A DNA stretch of 64,000 nucleotides from Rhodothermales bacterium (GTDB lineage Bacteria > Bacteroidota > Rhodothermia > Rhodothermales > VXPQ01). The stretch spans positions 170,508 through 234,507 of the forward strand of contig JBBDTI010000075.1 in assembly GCA_040904565.1 (NCBI GenBank). The letters are read 5' to 3'. The notes beneath the pieces are model-generated. The model saw only the letters and a program-made list of their open reading frames with translations. It was not told the origin of the DNA and made no database searches. Below are positions 19,230 to 30,779 of the stretch, in pieces (the first letter of the stretch is position 1; each line of letters starts with the position of its first letter). The translations under genes and the position numbers were made by a program.

Positions 19230-21173
19230 TCACAAATCCAGCTCGTCCACGTCGGCCGCGTGCGTCATGATGAAATCGAACCGAGCAGAGGAGTCTTTCC
19301 CCATCAAATCCGAAATGACGCGCTCTGTCTCGAGCCGCTCGTCGTCACCTATTTTGACCTGGAGCAGGATCCGTTTCTCCGGATCCAGCGTCGTCTCTTT
19401 GAGCGTCTTAGGCATCATCTCACCGAGCCCCTTGAACCGCTGAATGTCGACATTGACCTTCCGCTTGCCCTTGTTGATCTGTCGGATGATGCGGTCCTTG
19501 TCCGCATCGTCAATCGCCCAGTACGTCTCCTTACCCGCGTCGAGCCGGTAGAGCGGCGGCTGGGCGATATAGACGAATCCGTCGTCGATGAGTGGCCGCA
19601 TGTAGCGGTAAAGGAAGGTGAGAAGCAGCGTGGCGATGTGATGTCCGTCCGAGTCGGCATCCATCAGAAGGATCACCTTGTGATAGCGCAGGCGCGAGAG
19701 ATCCAGTTGATCGCCCAGGCCGCAGCCCAGCGCGTCCACCACATTGGATAGTTCCTTGTTCTCCTGCACCTTCTTGAGCGTCGCCTGCTCGGCGTTGAGC
19801 ACCTTCCCCCGGAGCGGAAGAATGGCCTGAAACATTCGATCGCGCCCCTGCTTGGCGGATCCTCCCGCCGAATCCCCCTCCACGATGAACAGCTCGCTGT
19901 TGACGGGATCGGTCGACGAGCAGTCGGCCAGCTTCCCGGGCAGATTCAGTCGGTGGCTGACGCTCGACTTCTTCCTTGCGGTCCGCGCCGCCGCACGGGA
20001 GGCATGGCGCGCTTTCGCCGCCTGAATGACCCTCGTCGCGATAGCCTCCCCCGTAGTAGGGTGCGCGTTGAGGAACTGCTCCAGCTCCAGGCGAATGGAC
20101 GAAACCACGAGCGACCGCGCCTCGGGGTTATTCAGCTTCTCCTTCGTCTGCCCCTGAAATTGCGGATCGATGACGAACAGGTTTACGATGGCGACGAGGC
20201 CTTCTCGTATGTCGTCCGCGGAGATGTCTACGCCTTTCGGCATCATATCGTGCGTTTCCATATACGATCGGACCGCACTGCGGACCGCGTCGCGGAAGCC
20301 CTGTTCGTGCGTACCGCCTTCGATCGTAGGAATGCCGTTAACGAAGGAGCGGACGTTCTCCCTGGGAGCTTCGGTCCACTGCAGGGCCACCTCGACGCGG
20401 GCGCCCTCCGCCAGCTCCTCCTGCCGCTCGAGGAACTGTTCCTGATGCACGGGCCGTTCTCCGAGGTCCTTTACGACGCGATCGAGATACTCCGCGATGC
20501 CGCCCTCGTGGTGGTATTCATGGCGTTCGCCCGTCGCCTCGTTCCGGAAGGTGATTCGCAGCGCGGCATTGAGGTACGTCTTGACCTCGAGATTTTCCTT
20601 GATGGATTCCGTATCGAACTGGACCGACTCGAAGATGTCGGCATCCGGGCGAAAGTAGATCGACGTCCCCGTCCCTCGAGAACTTGCATCAACTTTCTCC
20701 ACCTTCGTCATGGGCACGCCCCTTTCGTACCGCTGCCGCCAGGTCGCTCCCTCGCGCTTCACCGTCGCCACCATCTCTTCGGAGAGTGCGTTCACCACGG
20801 ATGCACCCACGCCGTGGAGTCCGCCCGACGTGATATAATTCGTCTGATCGAACTTGCCGCCGGCGTGGAGCGTGGTCAGGATGAGCTGAAGGGTCGACAC
20901 CTTTTTCGTCGGGTGTTTGTCGACCGGTATGCCCCGACCGTTGTCGGTTACGGTCACGGACCGGCCATCCTGATGCACGATCACCTCGATCTGAGAGGCA
21001 TAGCCGTTCGTGGCCTCATCCACGGCATTATCGACCACCTCCCAGAGCAGATGGTGCAGGCCCGGCTTGCCCGTCCCGCCGATGTACATTCCGGGACGCT
21101 TGCGCACGGGCTCCAGCCCCTCCAGGACCTGGATGTCCGCCCCCGTGTATCTTCGCGTAAGTACTTCAGCCAT
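19230..21173 (-). CDS. parE: Type IIA topoisomerase subunit B (topo IV ParE-like)
   Basis: LEGLEPVRKRPGMYIG, DNGRGIP, GLHGVG, EGDSAGGSAK, PLRGK and DADSDG motifs. Family is certain; ParE vs GyrB is inferred from the partner. Confidence 0.75.
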   Translation of the reverse strand: MAEVLTRRYTGADIQVLEGLEPVRKRPGMYIGGTGKPGLHHLLWEVVDNAVDEATNGYASQIEVIVHQDGRSVTVTDNGRGIPVDKHPTKKVSTLQLILTTLHAGGKFDQTNYITSGGLHGVGASVVNALSEEMVATVKREGATWRQRYERGVPMTKVEKVDASSRGTGTSIYFRPDADIFESVQFDTESIKENLEVKTYLNAALRITFRNEATGERHEYHHEGGIAEYLDRVVKDLGERPVHQEQFLERQEELAEGARVEVALQWTEAPRENVRSFVNGIPTIEGGTHEQGFRDAVRSAVRSYMETHDMMPKGVDISADDIREGLVAIVNLFVIDPQFQGQTKEKLNNPEARSLVVSSIRLELEQFLNAHPTTGEAIATRVIQAAKARHASRAAARTARKKSSVSHRLNLPGKLADCSSTDPVNSELFIVEGDSAGGSAKQGRDRMFQAILPLRGKVLNAEQATLKKVQENKELSNVVDALGCGLGDQLDLSRLRYHKVILLMDADSDGHHIATLLLTFLYRYMRPLIDDGFVYIAQPPLYRLDAGKETYWAIDDADKDRIIRQINKGKRKVNVDIQRFKGLGEMMPKTLKETTLDPEKRILLQVKIGDDERLETERVISDLMGKDSSARFDFIMTHAADVDELDL

Positions 21174-21213
21174 CCCGTTCTTTTCGTTCTCCTCTAGGTT
21201 CGTTCCCCATCCG

Positions 21214-23535
<2,322 letters not shown>

Positions 23536-23806
23536 CGTATACAGTATGACAACTTGGATCAGCGGCGGTGCCCTGTGGAGATGGCGTCTCCGCCGCCCTG
23601 GAATGTCGCATCGGAACCACCCGCGCTGCCCGACCCGCGGGGCTTCGTGCAGCCAACACCCATATCTCCAACACCCTATCTAATGCAATAACGGCGCTAG
23701 GAGAGGCCCGTGAGTACAGCAGCTGCTCCGGCGTTTCCGCGCGGCGCCCCTGTGGCATCCTGGCAGTGTCGGCAGCAGTCCCAACGAAATCGATTGGGAT
23801 CGCCGC

Positions 23807-23832
23807 TCGCAATAACGGATCGCAATAACGGA
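23807..23832. repeat. 13-bp tandem direct repeat TCGCAATAACGGA x2
   Basis: Exact copies at 23807-23819 and 23820-23832; the core GCAATAACGG recurs at 23685-23694. Confidence 0.9.
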
Positions 23833-23992
23833 TTCCGGCTCCCGATAATGTACAAATTATCCTGCAGCAGTGACAGTAGTGCGTCATCGCCGGCGAACAA
23901 AAGGCCATCGGCCGACCCGAATCCCTTGTGACGGGTGTCGATGCGACGCCGGGATGCAGCGGCGACGCTGGCACGGTGCAGCCTGGATGCTT

Positions 23993-24640
23993 CTATGATT
24001 CGTAGGCCAGCGTGAAATAGTCGTGGCGGTGATCGGCATGCAATCGGAGCACGTTGGCGCGGGTCAGCAGCACGAGCGTGCTCGAAGCCCGGCCTCTGGA
24101 GATGTTGGCGATCCGGGCGAACTGCTTGACCGTGATCTTCCCGTATTTCTCGAGGTACCGCATGAGCATGAGCTCGTTGTCGCCGAATTCGAACGTTACG
24201 GCCGAGGCGTCCTCGTCCTTCATCAGCCGGATCGCTTCACGACTGGCTTCCACGCTTTTGTCGTTCACCCGTACGTAGGCACTGTGATCGGATCCATTTT
24301 TACGGGAGCGCAGATAGTGGGGCCTACTGGAACTTGCCGGCACATGCACGATCACGACGTCGCGGCGCCGCGCCACGGGCACCCGTTCCGCCGTAAATTC
24401 GAGCGGAGGTGAAACGTGAGCGTTGAGTGCCCGTCGAAGGGCGAATTCTTCTTCCTCGGCATCGCGGAGGCCGACGATCGTACCGTCGTCGTCGACGCCC
24501 AGGAGCAATCGCCCGCCCTTCGTATTAGCCAGGGCGATCATCTCCTTCGCAATTCGCTCCGGCTTCGGGACCTTGCGCTTAAATTCCAGATTGGCACCTT
24601 CGCCCAGGGAAACGAGCTGTGCCAGTTCTTGAAGCGTCAT
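23993..24640 (-). CDS. AlbA_2 (Schlafen-like) DNA-binding domain protein with C-terminal HTH
   Basis: GEGANLEFKRK, ALANTKGG.LLLGVDDDG, AYVRVNDKS; C-terminal YL..YGKITVKQF winged-HTH. Confidence 0.85.
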   Translation of the reverse strand: MTLQELAQLVSLGEGANLEFKRKVPKPERIAKEMIALANTKGGRLLLGVDDDGTIVGLRDAEEEEFALRRALNAHVSPPLEFTAERVPVARRRDVVIVHVPASSSRPHYLRSRKNGSDHSAYVRVNDKSVEASREAIRLMKDEDASAVTFEFGDNELMLMRYLEKYGKITVKQFARIANISRGRASSTLVLLTRANVLRLHADHRHDYFTLAYES

Positions 24641-24700
24641 GACACTGTCCGGGTCTGTTCACCGCAAAACTAACGAAATGTCCTCCGGACAAAAAGGATC

Positions 24701-24709
24701 TGTGGATAA
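24701..24709 (-). promoter_or_regulatory. Consensus DnaA box (TTATCCACA)
   Basis: TGTGGATAA on the + strand in the gpsA/AlbA intergenic region, with a near-inverted copy at 24738-24751. Confidence 0.45.
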
Positions 24710-24799
24710 CTCGGCTCATCATGGCTGGCAGTAACCCGTTATCCTACAGATAGTTACACACCGACGCGCCACGGGGCCCTTACTGCCTGGCGCTCCCCC

Positions 24800-25825
24800 T
24801 CAGGTCAGTACGTCCGGCAGCCAATCTTCCCGCTTCGGGGCGCGCGTCATGAGCTCATCCACGGCGATCTGCGGCTGCTTGCCGTCGAACAGGATTCCGT
24901 ACACCGCTTCCGTGATCGGCATCTCGATCCCGTATCGAACGGACAGCTGATGCACGGAGTCCGCCGTTCGAACACCTTCCGCCACCATGCTCATGTCACG
25001 TTCCACTTCTTCAAGCCGCTTCCCCCGTCCGATCAGCTCTCCGACGTGCCGGTTGCGGCTGTGGCGGCTCATACACGTAACGACCAGGTCACCGATGCCG
25101 GCGAGCCCGGAGAACGTGCTGCCTTCCGCACCCATCGCAAGTCCGAGCCGCTTCATTTCCGCGAGGCCGCGCGTGACGATGGCCGCCTTCGTGTTGTCAC
25201 CGTAGCCCAGTCCGTCCCCGATACCGGCACCGATGGCCATCACGTTCTTGACGGATCCTGCGATCTCCACGCCCAGCACGTCATGATTCATGTATACCCG
25301 CAATCGGGAGGTCGCGAACGTGCTCTGGATTTCGTGAACCGTATCGGTTGAGTAGGCGGCCGCGACGACCGTCGTGGGCTTTTCCTCCGCTACTTCCTCG
25401 GCGTGGCTGGGACCGGAGAGGACGCCGAGGTGCGCCATGGGCACGGTATCGAGGACGTCGTGGAGGACCCGCGTCGTCGTCAGCAGACTGTTGTTTTCTA
25501 TGCCCTTGGCCACCGATACGCAGAGAAGATCATCGGATGCATGCCCGCGCACGTTCTTCGCACAGTCCCTGATCGCATGTGACGGCGTGGCGAATACCCA
25601 CATGTCGCAACCGGTCACGGCATCTTCCATCACGGACGTGACGGACAGTTCGTCCGGAAGCTGCGCGCGCGGCAGATAGGTGGGGTTGCGGCGGTGTCGG
25701 CGCATGTGCTCCGCCGCCTCCGGTCGGCGAGCCCACAGCGTCACCTCATGGCCCGATTTCGCCAGCACGATAGCCAGCGCCGTACCCCAGCTGCCCGCAC
25801 CCAGCATTGCTATCCGCTTGGCCAC
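24800..25825 (-). CDS. gpsA: Glycerol-3-phosphate dehydrogenase NAD(P)+
   Basis: GAGSWGTALA, KGIE, LSGPSHAEEV, KNVMAI and GDLVVTC.S.HSRNR motifs. Confidence 0.95.
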   Translation of the reverse strand: MAKRIAMLGAGSWGTALAIVLAKSGHEVTLWARRPEAAEHMRRHRRNPTYLPRAQLPDELSVTSVMEDAVTGCDMWVFATPSHAIRDCAKNVRGHASDDLLCVSVAKGIENNSLLTTTRVLHDVLDTVPMAHLGVLSGPSHAEEVAEEKPTTVVAAAYSTDTVHEIQSTFATSRLRVYMNHDVLGVEIAGSVKNVMAIGAGIGDGLGYGDNTKAAIVTRGLAEMKRLGLAMGAEGSTFSGLAGIGDLVVTCMSRHSRNRHVGELIGRGKRLEEVERDMSMVAEGVRTADSVHQLSVRYGIEMPITEAVYGILFDGKQPQIAVDELMTRAPKREDWLPDVLT

Positions 25826-25900
25826 GTCGGTTCTGTATCTCTGAATACGGACGAAGAGAAAACGAGCCGGGCGCCTGCCGGCGCCGGCACCGCCTGCGCG

Positions 25901-26584
25901 CTAGAGATCGCCCCTGCCTCGCAGTCCGCGAGCCGGGCGAAACGAGCTAATTCGACTCTCGGTGCCCGTCAACAAGCGGCGGATGTTCGATCGATGGGCG
26001 TAAAGGATGCCGAGCGCCATAAGCCCGCTGAAAATGAGCAGGCTCGGATCCAGGGCGTCGATGCCGAAGACGTAGCGGCGAATGGCGAGCGCGGAAGGAA
26101 ACGCCACAACGGCCGAAATGGACGCCAAGGATACGTATCGCGAGGTGAGAAGCACGACGACGAATACGGCGAGGGTGATCCACATCGTGATGGGCGTAAG
26201 CGCGAAGAGCACGCCGCCCGCCGTATTGACGCCCTTACCTCCCCGGAATCCGGCCCATACCGGATACATGTGCCCCACGACGGCGGCCAGGCCGGCCAGC
26301 AGCCGTACGACGGTCCCCATCTGCCAGACCTCGATGCCAACCGGAAGCGCATCGAGGCGGAGCGACGCCACGACGCCGGCCGCGAAAAGGCCTTTTCCGA
26401 GATCTACGACCGTCGCCAGCACGCCGGCCTTCCACCCGAATACGCGGAAAACATTCGTCGCCCCCGCATTACCGCTGCCGTACGCGCGAACGTCGTCGCC
26501 GTAGAGCAGCTTACCAACCCAGACGCTGCCCGGTATCGAACCGACCAGGTAGCTGAGAATCAGTATGACGATCAAAGATAGCAT
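25901..26584 (-). CDS. plsY: Glycerol-3-phosphate acyltransferase PlsY
   Basis: YLVGSIP, GSGNAGATNVFR, GHMYPV..GFRGGKGV and HRSNIRRL motifs. Confidence 0.95.
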   Translation of the reverse strand: MLSLIVILILSYLVGSIPGSVWVGKLLYGDDVRAYGSGNAGATNVFRVFGWKAGVLATVVDLGKGLFAAGVVASLRLDALPVGIEVWQMGTVVRLLAGLAAVVGHMYPVWAGFRGGKGVNTAGGVLFALTPITMWITLAVFVVVLLTSRYVSLASISAVVAFPSALAIRRYVFGIDALDPSLLIFSGLMALGILYAHRSNIRRLLTGTESRISSFRPARGLRGRGDL

Positions 26585-26727
26585 CTGGCGCTACAAAATC
26601 CGAAAATGTGCTGGATACCCGGTTGACCCGGAGCGGTCGTCTGCACACGAGAGTTCTCCTGTGCGATCACTCCAAAAGATAGTACATAAACGTTTTTGAT
26701 ACCGGGTTTGGTTTCCTCAGGGGCGGA

Positions 26728-27735
26728 TTACCCGGTCGACGGGCGGATCGTACCGATCTCGAACGACGTCTCTCGCAGGTTCTCGAGCAGCGTCTGAACG
26801 CGAGAAAGGTCGGCCCCTGAGACGATCACGACGAGTCCGACGCCCAGGTTGAGCGTGCGCCTCAGGTCGTCCTCAGGCACGCCGCCCCGCTGCTGGATGA
26901 GATCGAAGATAGGCGGGCGCTGCCAGGCGTCGTAATCTACCTCGAACGTCAATCCGTCAGGAACGACGCGCGCCGTATTGCCCGGAATGCCGCCGCCCGT
27001 GACGTGCACGATGCCGCGCGCCAGCCCGGCCTCTACGAGTGCCCGGATCGGCTTGAGGTAGGATCGGTGGATGGCAAGCAGAACCTCGCCGACGCTCTTT
27101 CCTTCCAGCTCGTCCGGACGAGCGTCGACGTCGAAATGCTCGAACAATACCTTCCGAGCCAGCGAGTATCCGTTCGTATGCAGGCCGGACGACGGCAGGC
27201 CGAGCAGAACATCTCCTGACCGGATGGCCGATCCGTCCACAATCTTGTCCTTTTCGACGACGCCCACGACGGTTCCGGCCAGGTCGTATTCGCCCGGAGC
27301 GTAGATATCGGGCATCTCGGCCGTCTCACCACCGATCAACGCACAACCGTTCTCTTTACACGCCGTCGCAAAGCCTCTCACGACGTCCTCCGCGGCCCCC
27401 GGATCGAGCCGGCCCGTAGAGAAGTAATCGAGGAAGTACAGCGGCTCGGCACCGCACACGGCGATATCGTTGACGCAATGATTGACGAGATCCTGCCCGA
27501 CCGTGTCGTGCCGGTCCATCTTAAAGGCCACCTTGAGCTTCGTGCCGACGCCGTCGACGGACGAAACGAGGACCGGACGCTCGTAGCGAGCGACATCCAG
27601 CTCGAAAAACGCTCCAAAGGCGCCGATGTCCGTCAATACACCCGGCGTAAAGGTTTCGCGCACCAGGGGCTTGATGCGTCGAACGGTTTCTTCGCCGGCT
27701 TCGATATCGACGCCGGCGTCGCGGTACGTGGTCAT
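26728..27735 (-). CDS. purM: Phosphoribosylformylglycinamidine cyclo-ligase
   Basis: YRDAGVDI, DGVGTK, GGETAEMP, SSGLHTNGYSL and HVTGGG motifs. Confidence 0.96.
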   Translation of the reverse strand: MTTYRDAGVDIEAGEETVRRIKPLVRETFTPGVLTDIGAFGAFFELDVARYERPVLVSSVDGVGTKLKVAFKMDRHDTVGQDLVNHCVNDIAVCGAEPLYFLDYFSTGRLDPGAAEDVVRGFATACKENGCALIGGETAEMPDIYAPGEYDLAGTVVGVVEKDKIVDGSAIRSGDVLLGLPSSGLHTNGYSLARKVLFEHFDVDARPDELEGKSVGEVLLAIHRSYLKPIRALVEAGLARGIVHVTGGGIPGNTARVVPDGLTFEVDYDAWQRPPIFDLIQQRGGVPEDDLRRTLNLGVGLVVIVSGADLSRVQTLLENLRETSFEIGTIRPSTG

Positions 27736-27812
27736 GGTCTATCTGAAGATCAGGTGGTTGAAATCGACGGCAACGTCTTCTCCGAGCACTCTTCTGAGGA
27801 TCAGGCCCCGCA

Positions 27813-28646
27813 TCAGGCGCGGAAGGTCGTGCGACCGAACCGGGCCTGAAACCGGACCTGAAGGCGGTAGCGCAGTGACAGTTCGATCGGCTCGGACCAG
27901 AGATCGAATTTCCGCCGTTGTATCTCGTTGAGAATTTCCAGACCGCCCAGCCACCATCTCTTCAAGGCGTTAGCCTGCCGAGACGGAACCTCGTTGGCAA
28001 GTTGTTCGCAGTGGGCAAACGCATTCTTTGCACGAATGGTCTGCTTCCAGAGCAACCGCTTCATGTTTTCGTCCACGCGTCCCGCGCGAAGTTGTTCGAG
28101 AGGTACCCCATGCTGCTCCAGATCGGCTAGAGGGATGAACAAGCGGTCCCGGGCGAGATCGTCTTTGAGCGTCATCAACCGCCCAACCCAGAAGAGTCCC
28201 GTCGCCATCTCGTCTGCGAATCTCAGCTGCCACGAGCCCGTTGCGCGCGCCAGGTGAGCCAGCGCACGCGCATGGGATCCGGCCCACTGCCTTACAAACG
28301 CCTTGACCTCACGCGAATCCGCGAAGCGCGCCGGACGAGAAAACGTCTCGGATGCCGCGACCTGCGCCGCCAGAAGTTCGATGGGTATGCGGCCCTCCGC
28401 ACAGCCGGCATAAGCGTCCTGGGCCACGTCGGAAGGCACCACCTTCAGCGCCTCCGCATCCAGCACCCTATCACGCTCCGCCGTGAAATATGCCGTGAGA
28501 TCGGAGCCGTCGAGCGATGGCGCATACGGATCGGTCAGGGCCAGATGGAAATGCCAGAGTGCACGGGCAATCGGTCGCTGCTGACGCGTCCATCCATCCC
28601 GGTAAAAAGGTTTCGGAAGTCCCTCTTCTTCTGTCGGCTCCCTCAC
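27813..28646 (-). CDS. Squalene/phytoene synthase-fold protein, degenerate
   Basis: DDLARDRLFIPLADL and ILNEIQRRKFD match the family C-terminal half, but the Asp-rich motifs are absent. GTG start overlaps the aconitase stop. Confidence 0.65.
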   Translation of the reverse strand: MREPTEEEGLPKPFYRDGWTRQQRPIARALWHFHLALTDPYAPSLDGSDLTAYFTAERDRVLDAEALKVVPSDVAQDAYAGCAEGRIPIELLAAQVAASETFSRPARFADSREVKAFVRQWAGSHARALAHLARATGSWQLRFADEMATGLFWVGRLMTLKDDLARDRLFIPLADLEQHGVPLEQLRAGRVDENMKRLLWKQTIRAKNAFAHCEQLANEVPSRQANALKRWWLGGLEILNEIQRRKFDLWSEPIELSLRYRLQVRFQARFGRTTFRA

Positions 28647-30598
28647 GCGTCCTCCATCCTGCGCTTTACGACACCGATCAGACTCCCTTCCAGCACCATC
28701 TCCACCTCCCGGTTCGTCAAGTCATGCGTCATCTCGTAGCGTTCGTCCCTCGTTCGATTGTGGATCGATACCGAAGCGCCCGTCCGAAGCGCATCGCGCA
28801 GGCCCTCCGCGCCGAGTTCGTCGTCCTGCTCGATGCGATCGTAATCCGAGGGGTCGGCAAACATCAGCGGAAGTATACCAAAATTCGCAAGGTTCTGCCG
28901 GTGGATACGGGCGTAAGATTTGACCAGAACGGCGCGCAGGCCTAGATGTCTCGGTGCGAGCGCCGCATGCTCTCGGCTCGACCCCTGCCCGTAATTGGCC
29001 CCGCCGACGACGAAGAATCCCGACTCCCGATAGGGCTCCGTCCTTTCGTAAAACGTGTCGTCTACCTGCTCGAAGACGAACTTGCTGATCTCCGGAATGT
29101 TGCTCCGGTATGGAAGAATCCGTGAACCGGCAGGCATGATCTCATCCGTCGAAATGTCGTCCCCCACCTTGAGCAGCACGGGTCCGGCGAGCCGGTCCGG
29201 AAGCCCGTCGAATTCCGGCAGCGATACGACGTTGGGGCCCTTTTCGAGCGCAACGTCCGAGACATGCGAAGCCGGTTCGACGAGCTGATCGGTATTCACC
29301 TTGACCGTCTCCGGTTCGACGACCCGGGGATAGGTCATGTCGAAGAGAACCTCCAGATCGCGGGGATCCGTGATCGCGCCGGTCAGCGCCGAGGCGGCCG
29401 CCGTCTCCGGGCTGCAGAGATAGACGGCGTCTTCCTTCGTTCCGCTTCGACCCGGGAAATTGCGCGGCACGGTCCGCAGGCTGATCCGCCCGGTGGCCGG
29501 GGCCTGCCCCATACCGATGCAGCCGTTGCAGCCCGCCTGATGAATCCGCGCACCGGCCCGCGTCAGTTTCTGGAGCTCTCCGGCATCCATGAGCTGCTCG
29601 AGAATCTGCCGCGAGGTCGGATTGACATCGAACGAAACCCGGTCGTGCACCTGCCTGCCCGCTACGATACGCGCCGCCACGGCAAAATCACGGAATCCGG
29701 GGTTGGCGGACGAACCGACGTACGTTTGGTAGATTTCCTGACCTTCTACCTCGCGCACGGGAACGACGTTACCTGGACTGCTCGGCCTGGCGATCAGGGG
29801 AACGAGGTGGGAAAGGTCGATCTGCTCCTCGTCGTCATATCTCGCATCGTCGTCGGCCACGATCTCCGTCCAGTCCTGCTCGCGACCCTGCGCTTTAAGG
29901 AAGCGGCGCACGGCGTCATCCGACGGAAAGACGGTCGTCGTGGCTCCCAGCTCGGTGCCCATATTCGCGATCACGTGCCGGTCCATCGCAGAAAGGCTCC
30001 GCAGTCCCGGTCCGTAATACTCGATGATCCGTCCCACTCCCCCGTCCACGTCGTGACGGCGAAGCATTTCCAGTACCACGTCCTTGGCACTAACCCAGTC
30101 CGGCAGCTCCCCGGTAAGCCGCACCCCCCAGATCCCCGGCATGTCGATGTGATAGGGGTCGCCGGCCATCGCCAGCGCCACCTCGAGGCCCCCCGCGCCC
30201 ATGGCGAGCATGCCGATGGCGCCCGCCGCCGGTGTGTGACTGTCCGACCCGAGCAGCGTCTTGCCGGGCTTACCGAAGCGCTCCTGATGCACCGGGTGGC
30301 TGACGCCGTTTCCCGGTCGACTATACCAGACGCCGTATTTCCGGCAGGCGCTGCGCAGAAAAAGGTGATCGTCCGGATTTTTGAAATCCGTCTGCAGCAG
30401 ATTGTGGTCCACATACTGCGCCGACAGTTCGGTCTTAACCCGACGCAGCCCCATCGCCTCGAGCTCCAGCATGACCAGCGTGCCCGTAGCGTCCTGGGTC
30501 AGCGTTTGATCGATTTTAAGGGCAATCTGCTCGCCGGGAGTCATCTCACCTTCGATGAGGTGATCGGCTATTAATTTCTGCGCGACGTTCCTTCCCAT
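28643..30598 (-). CDS. acn: Aconitate hydratase (compact single-chain type)
   Basis: TQDATGT, DHN, DSHT, GCNGCIG, RNFPGRSG, STDEI and NYGQGSSREHAA motifs. Confidence 0.85.
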   Translation of the reverse strand: MGRNVAQKLIADHLIEGEMTPGEQIALKIDQTLTQDATGTLVMLELEAMGLRRVKTELSAQYVDHNLLQTDFKNPDDHLFLRSACRKYGVWYSRPGNGVSHPVHQERFGKPGKTLLGSDSHTPAAGAIGMLAMGAGGLEVALAMAGDPYHIDMPGIWGVRLTGELPDWVSAKDVVLEMLRRHDVDGGVGRIIEYYGPGLRSLSAMDRHVIANMGTELGATTTVFPSDDAVRRFLKAQGREQDWTEIVADDDARYDDEEQIDLSHLVPLIARPSSPGNVVPVREVEGQEIYQTYVGSSANPGFRDFAVAARIVAGRQVHDRVSFDVNPTSRQILEQLMDAGELQKLTRAGARIHQAGCNGCIGMGQAPATGRISLRTVPRNFPGRSGTKEDAVYLCSPETAAASALTGAITDPRDLEVLFDMTYPRVVEPETVKVNTDQLVEPASHVSDVALEKGPNVVSLPEFDGLPDRLAGPVLLKVGDDISTDEIMPAGSRILPYRSNIPEISKFVFEQVDDTFYERTEPYRESGFFVVGGANYGQGSSREHAALAPRHLGLRAVLVKSYARIHRQNLANFGILPLMFADPSDYDRIEQDDELGAEGLRDALRTGASVSIHNRTRDERYEMTHDLTNREVEMVLEGSLIGVVKRRMEDA

Positions 30599-30779
30599 GG
30601 TTGGTCGCCGTTGTTGTTGTCCGTTTCGTACACTTATTCTGTTGCGTACTTAAAACCGTACACTAACAATGTACCGTGCTGCCCGGCGAATGATCGACGG
30701 AATCGACGCGTCGCCGCGGGCTTCACATTTTCGTCGCGTTTTTTTTCGACGCCTCCCACATCGCATCTATATCGTACCC

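Noticed and set aside
23844-23861. Fur box
   Set aside because: GATAAT/ATTATC arms are spaced by 6 nt rather than 7, and no iron-related gene is adjacent.
24641-24799. Replication origin
   Set aside because: Only one perfect DnaA box, no clear AT-rich unwinding element, and no dnaA/dnaN nearby.
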